The notes beneath the pieces were generated by a model that was given only the letters and a program-made list of their open reading frames with translations, did no database searches and was not told the origin of the DNA. Both the position numbers and the translations under genes were made by a program. A DNA stretch of 64,000 nt from a virus, in IMG/VR virus record IMGVR_UViG_3300044911_000835, positions 13,049-77,048 of that record, one strand, 5' to 3'. Of this stretch, positions 1-6,432 are shown one piece after another; the first letter of the stretch is position 1, and each line of letters opens with the position of its first letter.

Positions 1-112
1 AAAGCTTACGAAGAAACAAAGCATTTTAAATGCAAACGACGAAGTATACGCTATCGCTGCCTAAGCTTTAGCTGAGGTTTTGAGACTGTTCCTTATTACC
101 CAATACAGTCTC
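1..112 (+). ncRNA. ssrA: tmRNA coding piece (5' part outside window), probably two-piece/permuted
   Basis: 32-64 gca aac gac gaa gta tac gct atc gct gcc taa = ANDEVYAIAA*, matching the ANDENYALAA tag family; H-type pseudoknot follows (gagg 74-77/cctt 91-94; gagactgt 82-89/acagtctc 105-112); no T-arm or CCA downstream. Confidence 0.85.
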
Positions 113-219
113 TATTAGTTAGTACTTTGTGACGAGTTAGTACACAATGAGTACGTAGGCATACGTACTACTTGGATGTACTCGGTAGTCAGCGGCCGCA
201 GCAAAGTATTAACTAATAG
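112..219 (+). ncRNA. small structured RNA A
   Basis: 17-bp closing helix 114-130/201-217; internal hairpin agtacgta-GGCA-tacgtact. Confidence 0.5.
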
Positions 220-292
220 TATACTAATGTAGCCCGCGACCTGTGCACAGGTGTAGGAACAGCGGTTGGCAGCTAAAACCAGTTAGTATACT
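218..292 (+). ncRNA. small structured RNA B
   Basis: closing helix agtatactaa 218-227/ttagtatact 283-292; inner tagc/gcta stem. Confidence 0.4.
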
Positions 293-314
293 TTCTAATT
301 TTTACTAGGATAAC

Positions 315-779
315 ATGAAAACACTTAATATAAAAGAAATAACAGAATACTTAGCTAATGAACCGTTAGAGTCTAATGTTTATATTGGTGTAGATTCTGA
401 GCGTTATAAAGATAAAGGTAAGTGGTTTGCTGATTATACTGTTGCGGTAGTTATTCACCGTAATGGTAACAATGGTTGTAAAGTATTCGGCGGAATTGAT
501 ACTGCTCAAGATTTTGATAGCAAATCAAATAAACCTATGATGCGTATGATGAATGAAGTTTATCGTGCATCAGAAACTTATCTAGCTCTAGCAGAACTTT
601 TAGTAGATCGTCATGTTGAAATTCACTTAGATATTAATCCTAGCGAATTGCATGGTTCTAACTGTGCTATGCAACAAGCTATTGGGTATATTAAAGGTGT
701 ATGTGGTCATACACCTAAACTTAAGCCGGAAGCATTTGCGGCGTCTTATGCTGCTGATAGATTGAAGGAATATATTTAA
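315..779 (+). CDS. RNase H-like YkuK family protein
   Basis: VYIGVDS, MMNEV, EIHLDIN and LKPEAFAASYAAD motifs typical of YkuK family. Confidence 0.8.
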   Translation: MKTLNIKEITEYLANEPLESNVYIGVDSERYKDKGKWFADYTVAVVIHRNGNNGCKVFGGIDTAQDFDSKSNKPMMRMMNEVYRASETYLALAELLVDRHVEIHLDINPSELHGSNCAMQQAIGYIKGVCGHTPKLKPEAFAASYAADRLKEYI

Positions 780-785
780 ATTAAT

Positions 786-861
786 TGCTCTATAGTGAAG
801 TTGGTTATCACACCAGATTTTGAATCTGGTATCTTTGGTTCGAATCCAAATAGGGCTGCCA
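786..861 (+). tRNA. tRNA-Gln(UUG)
   Basis: cloverleaf; anticodon arm ccaga-ttTTGaa-tctgg; GTTCGAATC; encoded CCA. Confidence 0.93.
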
Positions 862-867
862 AATAAT

Positions 868-941
868 GTCTCACTAGTGTAATGGAAGCACGGCGATCTC
901 CAAAATCGCAAGCCGAGGGTCGGTACCTTGGTGGGATGCCA
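868..941 (+). tRNA. tRNA-Trp(CCA), atypical T-loop
   Basis: gcgat-ctCCAaa-atcgc; acceptor gtctcac/gtgggat; CCA end; T-loop GTCGGTA. Confidence 0.85.
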
Positions 942-950
942 GTATTAATA

Positions 951-1015
951 AGGTGAAAAGGGTAGCTCCCCTGATAGTGCTCAATCCACTATCTAGCCTA
1001 AGAGTTCGATTGAGG
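951..1015 (+). promoter_or_regulatory. structured RNA leader of HNH gene, copy 1
   Basis: aggt/gcct closing stem; ggg/ccc and gatagtg/cactatc hairpins; loop ctcaatc complementary to gattgag overlapping the SD. Confidence 0.65.
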
Positions 1016-1023
1016 AATAAAAG

Positions 1024-1599
1024 GTGTATAGAGAAATAAAAGAAGAAGAATTGAAGTTAGATAAACAGAGAGGTTATTTATACTTCATTGATAAAGATCA
1101 CCCTCTTAAAACTGGAAATGCCTCCTACGTTTTTCTACATAGGCACATGGCCTCTATAAAAGCAGGCTACTGGCTATCTAGTAAGGAGCATGTTCACCAT
1201 ATAGATGAGAATAAATTAAATAATTCTCCAGAAAATCTACACATATGTTCTGCTTCTGAACACGGTAAGTTACATAGTGCGCATTTATGTATAGAAAAAC
1301 TCTGTAAACAGTGTGGAATACTTTTTAAGCAAAAAGAGTCTACACAACTATTTTGTTCTACTGAGTGTAGTAGCAAGTATAGAGTTTTACTAGATGGATT
1401 AACTAAGGAAGAATTAGAACACTTATTATGGACTACTAATTATTCTGAACTAGGAAAACAATTTAAATGTAGTGATAATGGTATAAGAAAGTGGGCGAAA
1501 AGACTTAAATGTACAGTACCTCCTGCATACTTCCATAGTAAGGGCTACTCTGTAGAAAAGAAATTATCAATGTATTTAGAAATTAAAGAAAAAGGATAA
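1024..1599 (+). CDS. HNH homing endonuclease (N-terminal HNH, Zn ribbon, C-terminal HTH-like region)
   Basis: LHRH..HVHHIDENKLNN..NL..EH motif; CKQC...FCSTEC; GTG start with GAGG SD. Confidence 0.85.
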   Translation: MYREIKEEELKLDKQRGYLYFIDKDHPLKTGNASYVFLHRHMASIKAGYWLSSKEHVHHIDENKLNNSPENLHICSASEHGKLHSAHLCIEKLCKQCGILFKQKESTQLFCSTECSSKYRVLLDGLTKEELEHLLWTTNYSELGKQFKCSDNGIRKWAKRLKCTVPPAYFHSKGYSVEKKLSMYLEIKEKG

Positions 1600-1603
1600 A
1601 CGA

Positions 1604-1870
1604 ATGACTAAAGCTGTATATTGTTCACAAATGGTAGATTATGAAGGTATTGTAGAGGAAGATATTGGCTTTTTTGTAGAGGGTAATCGTTTCGAGTTTA
1701 AAGTAGACGTATATGAAGATATGATTACTTTCCGAGACTGTTTAGGCCGTTTCGTACCAGTTGACATTACTCAAATTGATCAAGTTATTGATGCTTTAGT
1801 TACTGCTAGGTCTTTGATGCTAGTGCCTATGGCTCCAGATACTTATGTTGAATCTGATTTGGGTTGCTGA
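1604..1870 (+). CDS. hypothetical protein
   Basis: ORF with AAGGA SD. Confidence 0.6.
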   Translation: MTKAVYCSQMVDYEGIVEEDIGFFVEGNRFEFKVDVYEDMITFRDCLGRFVPVDITQIDQVIDALVTARSLMLVPMAPDTYVESDLGC

Positions 1871-2066
1871 ACAGTTAGAATCTGAACCACCCCAAATACT
1901 TGAAGAATTTCAAGGATTTGAGGTAATAGTAGAGCTTAATGACCCATCCCAGTATTTTTCTAAGTACCAAATTTGGGCAGAGATAGAAAAGCTGCTAAAG
2001 CAAGCCCCTATTAAAGATAGATTAAATACAGTAGAGTACGTGAAAAACAAGTTGAAGAATTTTTAA
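1845..2066 (+). CDS. hypothetical protein
   Basis: ORF in tight operon packing. Confidence 0.5.
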   Translation: MLNLIWVAEQLESEPPQILEEFQGFEVIVELNDPSQYFSKYQIWAEIEKLLKQAPIKDRLNTVEYVKNKLKNF

Positions 2067-2067
2067 C

Positions 2068-2096
2068 TTGTTTTTTTAGTTTAAAGCCTCTATAAT
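2068..2096 (+). promoter_or_regulatory. sigma70-type T5-like promoter
   Basis: TTGTTT-17-TATAAT. Confidence 0.7.
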
Positions 2097-2126
2097 ATTA
2101 TTTCTGAGTTTGAAAAAGGATTTGAA

Positions 2127-2321
2127 ATGACTTTTTGGAAAGTTCCTGGTCAACTATTAATTAATGTATTATGTGAGATAATTCAAGCAAAGTTACTAGG
2201 CTTTGAAAAGCTCGCAATTGAATTTAGGCCTGAATTAGAGAACCAGTTGTTTTCTAGGGGATTTAAAGTTTCTACTATTAAACTTCCTAATAATTATTAC
2301 ACTGTGGTGGATCTAAAATGA
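2127..2321 (+). CDS. hypothetical protein
   Basis: AAGGA SD, directly after promoter. Confidence 0.55.
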   Translation: MTFWKVPGQLLINVLCEIIQAKLLGFEKLAIEFRPELENQLFSRGFKVSTIKLPNNYYTVVDLK

Positions 2322-2527
2322 AAGTAGGTACTTGGGTTCAGTTTGAGAATGAAAATAAACCTATAGGTTATATCATTGGTAAAAAAGAGCATAAGTATCA
2401 GCTTAGACCAACATCTAAAGAATTGATTAGAACTAACCTACATGAACTAGAGTTTGATGTAGATGGTTATGCTACTGAGTATGAACGCAAGAATAAGATC
2501 AATCGTATCATAGAATTTCAAGCTTGA
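2318..2527 (+). CDS. hypothetical protein
   Basis: overlaps the upstream stop (ORF track). Confidence 0.5.
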   Translation: MKVGTWVQFENENKPIGYIIGKKEHKYQLRPTSKELIRTNLHELEFDVDGYATEYERKNKINRIIEFQA

Positions 2528-2552
2528 TACGCAGTTCAATATTCTGTATAAT
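2524..2552 (+). promoter_or_regulatory. sigma70-type promoter ahead of the ncRNA block
   Basis: TTGATA-17-TATAAT. Confidence 0.75.
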
Positions 2553-2570
2553 ATTGTTTATGAAATCGAG

Positions 2571-2740
2571 AAAGGTTTCATAAAGCACACTAGAAGGGTA
2601 CTTAACCTACTAATCGACGGATTAGTAGCCTATGTGAGAGAACCCTTTAATAGGGTTAGGGTCACTATCAAACCGGCCGGCATGATACAAATAGGTGGTT
2701 AAACAGGTTCGATTCCTGTAGTGTGCTTTATGAGACTTTT
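2571..2740 (+). ncRNA. tRNA-like structured RNA (T-arm, long closing helix, multibranch domain)
   Basis: 22-bp closing helix 2571-2592/2719-2740; T-arm cagg-TTCGATT-cctg 2704-2718; several internal hairpins. Confidence 0.65.
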
Positions 2741-2774
2741 GCGTACTGCTCTATGATGCGGAGTACCAGTTGTC

Positions 2775-3370
2775 ACAATAGACCGGAGGTTTAGCGTGCT
2801 CAAGGTAATATCCCAACATACATTAGTATTACTAATGATTACGTGAAAGTTTTATATAACGTCCAGGCTAGGACGCTAAACCAAGCGGACTGTTTATAGA
2901 GGTCGTCCGTAAACTACTATACATCATTTTATCCTGATGTTAAACGGATAGGGTACATAGGCGTTGGAAGCGAAATGTACCTAATAAGGTAAGGAAAGTA
3001 AACGGAGGATGGGAGCTAGTGAAACGTACTGGAACCTTATAGCAGATACCCCACCGGCCTTAGAAATTGATAGTGAACTTAAGATAGCTATCGCCCTTTG
3101 TCAGAGTAGGTTAAAAACTGAAATCTTACTTAAATGAGGGCCAGTAAGTGATAGTTATTTTGCCCATAACTGGAACCTGGCTTAGGTAGAATGTCGCAAA
3201 TTCTACACTGTAGGAAGTTCGTAATGAAAGTTGTTAGTACCAAGAACTATAAATATCGTTGAACTATCAGTCTTATAGTACTAGTAGACTTAAAACAACT
3301 AGGAAATTGGCTTCCCGAGTATGATAGTAAACTGCTCCGACCTTACTAGAAGTCGTTAAACTAGTACCCA
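2775..3370 (+). ncRNA. large (~600 nt) highly structured ncRNA; boundaries approximate
   Basis: no ORF >=60 aa in 2528-3561; about ten helices identifiable by eye. Confidence 0.6.
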
Positions 3371-3378
3371 GTATTCTA

Positions 3379-3460
3379 GAGTGCTGTGGTTAGGGCAGTT
3401 AGGTAACTAACAGGTTAAGACTCCGGTGTGCCCGGACGAGCTGCTCTAACCACAACGCTC
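3379..3460 (+). ncRNA. small three-way-junction RNA E
   Basis: 16-bp helix 3385-3400/3439-3454 enclosing ttag-GTAA-ctaa and tccgg-tgtgc-ccgga. Confidence 0.5.
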
Positions 3461-3469
3461 CCGTATATC

Positions 3470-3536
3470 AATTGGTATTGATGCTTTCTGATTCCACTAT
3501 ATGGATAATGTCTTTGACAAGTTAGTATCAATTCCA
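3470..3536 (+). ncRNA. small stem-closed RNA F ending in CCA
   Basis: aattggtattga 3470-3481/ttagtatcaatt 3522-3533, then CCA. Confidence 0.35.
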
Positions 3537-3561
3537 CAACATTCTAATAAAAGGATTTAAT

Positions 3562-3759
3562 ATGCGTAAAAAACTATTAAGGTCTTGTGGATGTAGAACT
3601 TGTATGCGGGGCAGGCGTACCGCATATGGCCATGTAAGGTTACATCAAGCGGAAAAGCAGCTAAGACAACAATCTAGAATTAATATTGATAAAGCTATAA
3701 AAGGTAATGACCTAGATTTAATTGACATTATCGAAGTTTCTACGGATTACACAGACTAA
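3562..3759 (+). CDS. small basic protein with CxCxxC
   Basis: AAGGA SD; Arg/Lys-rich. Confidence 0.6.
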   Translation: MRKKLLRSCGCRTCMRGRRTAYGHVRLHQAEKQLRQQSRINIDKAIKGNDLDLIDIIEVSTDYTD

Positions 3760-4367
3760 TGCAAATTATTTCACCTTTTAAAGATTACTATGATGTAGGT
3801 ATGCAATATGGTTTCGACCCCAAATTGCAATGGATTAGGCGTACTTCTGACATTGAGGAGTCTAGTCGCTGGCATCATTCTGAATCAATTATTCTACATT
3901 TTTGTGGTAAGACTTATAGAGGTATAGTTGTAAAGTCCGCTTCCTACTACATTAATAGTATGGAAGTAATTTGGGATAATGAACACTACGATAAATATTG
4001 TACAGAAAATAAGGTAAAACCCTTAGAGATTAGTTGGCTAGATAAGTTTTGGATAACTACTAAAGTTAGACCTAAATCCAAGATCATACAGTTAGGACTA
4101 ATTGGTGAGTCTGACATTTTAAATGATAAATATAGTTCTCCGGTAATTTTACAAACTAATAAAGGACTAGAGATTAATCCTTCCTTGAAGTTTATTCAGT
4201 TTTATAAAGTCTATGACCCAGTAACTACATATCAAAAAATTAGTGAATACTTTGGTAACAAGTTTTTTAATGAACCTAAAATGGTTCCAATTTCAGATAA
4301 AGATAGGATTAAACAACATGGATTTACTAAAGAAAGTTTCCGTATGGCTAAGTCCAGCAATAAATAG
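3759..4367 (+). CDS. hypothetical phage protein
   Basis: TAATG coupling; IISxFKDYYD N-terminus. Confidence 0.65.
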   Translation: MQIISPFKDYYDVGMQYGFDPKLQWIRRTSDIEESSRWHHSESIILHFCGKTYRGIVVKSASYYINSMEVIWDNEHYDKYCTENKVKPLEISWLDKFWITTKVRPKSKIIQLGLIGESDILNDKYSSPVILQTNKGLEINPSLKFIQFYKVYDPVTTYQKISEYFGNKFFNEPKMVPISDKDRIKQHGFTKESFRMAKSSNK

Positions 4368-4416
4368 CTTTCTAATTATGTACTGGTTTAGCCTAGAGTG
4401 GCTTAAAGATAAATTT

Positions 4417-4491
4417 GCTTCGTTAACTCAGCGGTAGAGTAACTCCTTTACACGGAGAAGGTCGGCGGTTCAATCCCGTCACGAAGTACCA
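4417..4491 (+). tRNA. tRNA-Val(UAC)
   Basis: anticodon loop ttTACac; acceptor gcttcgt/acgaagt; ACCA. Confidence 0.93.
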
Positions 4492-4508
4492 ACTAATTAA
4501 GGATTTGA

Positions 4509-4760
4509 ATGGAATTTGATATTGAGATTAAGAAAACTACCTATGATAGGGTTCGCTTAAATGACGAAGATATTAAGAAGGTAGTTTTACACTATATTAG
4601 TCGTAAGTATAATATCCGTAAAGATGATTGGGTTGCAGAAGGTGACCTTACACGTGAGGTTGAATACCATGGATCTCACAGTTGGTTTGAGCAAGAAGTT
4701 ATTAGAAAAGTAACTGATTTCGATGTTGCATTACTAACACTTCTTAGAGAATTAAAATAA
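4509..4760 (+). CDS. hypothetical protein
   Basis: AAGGA SD. Confidence 0.6.
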   Translation: MEFDIEIKKTTYDRVRLNDEDIKKVVLHYISRKYNIRKDDWVAEGDLTREVEYHGSHSWFEQEVIRKVTDFDVALLTLLRELK

Positions 4761-4764
4761 TATT

Positions 4765-4838
4765 GGCTCTATCGTATATAGGTATTACCTCGGATTGTCT
4801 ATCCGAAGAACACAGTTCGAATCTGTGTAGAGTCGCCA
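4765..4838 (+). tRNA. tRNA-Asp(GUC)
   Basis: tcgga-ttGTCta-tccga; GCCA end. Confidence 0.92.
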
Positions 4839-4846
4839 GGTTAAAT

Positions 4847-4922
4847 AGTAACGAATGCAATTAGGTGAGCAGCTTGATTCATAATCAAGTGCTATTCGGT
4901 TCGAGGCCGAGCGTTACTACCA
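4847..4922 (+). tRNA. tRNA with CAU anticodon (elongator Met or Ile2)
   Basis: cttga-ttCATaa-tcaag; acceptor agtaacg/cgttact; ACCA. Confidence 0.85.
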
Positions 4923-4925
4923 AAT

Positions 4926-4990
4926 TAACTACTAGAGTTAAGCGCGTTAACTTAATAAGCAGCGGTCGGTAAGCTTTCTAGTAGTTACCA
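4926..4990 (+). ncRNA. small stem-closed RNA C ending in CCA
   Basis: taactactaga 4926-4936/tctagtagtta 4977-4987 + CCA. Confidence 0.4.
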
Positions 4991-5080
4991 CAAGTAGGCT
5001 TCACTTCCTTATCTGCTTCCAGCTGATTAGCTCGTACCTGGAAGTACGGGCGGGATAAGAGTAAGGAAGCCTACTTGTGG
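4988..5080 (+). ncRNA. rod-like hairpin RNA D
   Basis: perfect 15-bp stem 4988-5002/5066-5080 plus cttatc/gataag and cttccag/ctggaag. Confidence 0.5.
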
Positions 5081-5152
5081 TCGTAACTTAACAGGCAAAG
5101 GCTCTGGCTGTGAACTAGAGAGATGCGGATTCGACTTCCGTCGATCACCCCA
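5077..5152 (+). tRNA. tRNA-His(GUG), T at -1
   Basis: tctgg-ctGTGaa-ctaga; C73 discriminator; CCA. Confidence 0.9.
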
Positions 5153-5209
5153 ATAATTTTCGGTCAGCGCCGAACCAACCAAACTGTCAAGATTAAATAA
5201 AGTCACGCA

Positions 5210-5286
5210 CGGCCGTTAGTTTAACTGGAAAGAACCTATGCATACGAAGCATAGAAATGTACGTTCGAATCGTACACGGTCGGCCA
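5210..5286 (+). tRNA. tRNA-Arg(ACG)
   Basis: tatgc-atACGaa-gcata; acceptor cggccgt/acggtcg; GCCA. Confidence 0.92.
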
Positions 5287-5290
5287 ATTA

Positions 5291-5355
5291 AGGCGAAAAG
5301 AGTCATTCTCCTGTTCCTTCCTCGGAACTAGCCTAAGTTTTAGCCCTTGAGGAGG
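5291..5355 (+). promoter_or_regulatory. structured RNA leader of HNH gene, copy 2
   Basis: aggc/gcct; gag/ctc; gttcc/ggaac with loop ttcctc complementary to SD gaggag. Confidence 0.65.
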
Positions 5356-5363
5356 GGTGTATT

Positions 5364-6047
5364 ATGAATGAAGAAATAATAGAAGAAATATATAATAAAT
5401 TAGTTGAACGATTTGGTATTGGTGACGTGTTTTTACCTAAGTATGGAAAAAGAAAATCAGACTTAACCTGGAAACAGTTCATTAAAGCTGCTTTAGAACT
5501 AAAGTTAGAGGAACTCACTATTTATTGTGGATTTACGTTTAGTAAAGGCCTAAGTAGAGCTTTAAAAGAAAAATATCCTGGTATTATACAAGATAAAAAT
5601 GGAGAATACTGGTTTCTATACCTATCTAAGTTTCTTAGTAAGAAAAGATGCTCACAATGTCTAGAAGTATTAGAATATAAAGAATTTAACTATAATTCAT
5701 CAACAAAAGATGGATTTAGTTCTACTTGTAGACATTGCGACAAAGAATACAGAGACCTAAATAAAGAGCATATATTAGCACATAGTAAACAATATTACAG
5801 TAAGCATAAAAAAGAAATTAGTGCTAATAAAGCTAAACGTAGGGCTACAAAACTACAAGCAACCCCAAATTGGGCAAACCTGATAGCCATAAAAGAAATT
5901 TATCGAACTTGCCCTGAAGGTTATCATGTAGATCACATAGTTCCCTTACAAAACGACTTAGTATGTGGGCTTCATTGTGAATTTAATCTTCAACATCTAT
6001 CTGCTAGCGAAAATTTAAGTAAAGGAAATAGATTTGAAGTAGATTAA
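5364..6047 (+). CDS. HNH homing endonuclease (C-terminal HNH)
   Basis: CSQC..CRHC Zn ribbon; YHVDHIVPL..VCGLH..NLQ..ENLSKGN. Confidence 0.88.
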   Translation: MNEEIIEEIYNKLVERFGIGDVFLPKYGKRKSDLTWKQFIKAALELKLEELTIYCGFTFSKGLSRALKEKYPGIIQDKNGEYWFLYLSKFLSKKRCSQCLEVLEYKEFNYNSSTKDGFSSTCRHCDKEYRDLNKEHILAHSKQYYSKHKKEISANKAKRRATKLQATPNWANLIAIKEIYRTCPEGYHVDHIVPLQNDLVCGLHCEFNLQHLSASENLSKGNRFEVD

Positions 6048-6081
6048 GACCAAATTAAAGCAAGATTGAATAAATTCAATC

Positions 6082-6110
6082 TTGCTTTTTTGCGCTATGG
6101 CGGGTATAAT
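6082..6110 (+). promoter_or_regulatory. sigma70-type promoter
   Basis: TTGCTT-17-TATAAT. Confidence 0.75.
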
Positions 6111-6138
6111 ATTATTTCTGACTTGGAAAGGAATAAAA

Positions 6139-6324
6139 ATGAAACAAATTAAGGTAGATATTATTGAGAGCGAACGTGGTTGGGGCTCCAAGATTGAGGA
6201 TACAAAAGTGTTCACTACGTTAGCTGAGGCCGAGAAATTCGTTAAGGAATTTAACGCGGATAATAATTTAGATTACGTACCAGATTGGTATATGTATGCT
6301 ACTGAACCTTATATCGGCAATTGA
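6139..6324 (+). CDS. hypothetical protein (start revised to MKQIKV)
   Basis: AAGGA SD; the upstream in-frame TTG is the promoter -35. Confidence 0.65.
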   Translation: MKQIKVDIIESERGWGSKIEDTKVFTTLAEAEKFVKEFNADNNLDYVPDWYMYATEPYIGN

Positions 6325-6432
6325 ATATGTAATAGATACAGGTATGTATTGGAGAGTACCTATGTTTTTATACGGTACATTTCTAATAGGTTATGGAACT
6401 TTCTACCTGTATAAACTAATAAGGATGTAAAT

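Noticed and set aside
951-1000. Hammerhead ribozyme (GAAA and CTGA present in HNH leader 1)
   Set aside because: No CUGANGA core or cleavage triplet in the right place; copy 2 has CTGT.
2855-3185. RNase P RNA (aggaaagt, gtccagg, aacctggctta resemble P4 strands)
   Set aside because: Pieces are not contiguous as GAGGAAAGUCC and P4 would be mismatched; worth a cmscan only.
3200-3370. Group I intron core
   Set aside because: No convincing R/S (P7) elements and no interrupted gene.
3379-3460. Pistol or twister ribozyme (gtggttagggc; ccggt..gcccgga)
   Set aside because: Pistol P1 hairpin and twister pseudoknot loop are missing; the segments form simple helices.
5153-5209. Theta/HDV-like ribozyme after tRNA-His
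   Set aside because: Only a 5-bp hairpin; no nested double pseudoknot found.
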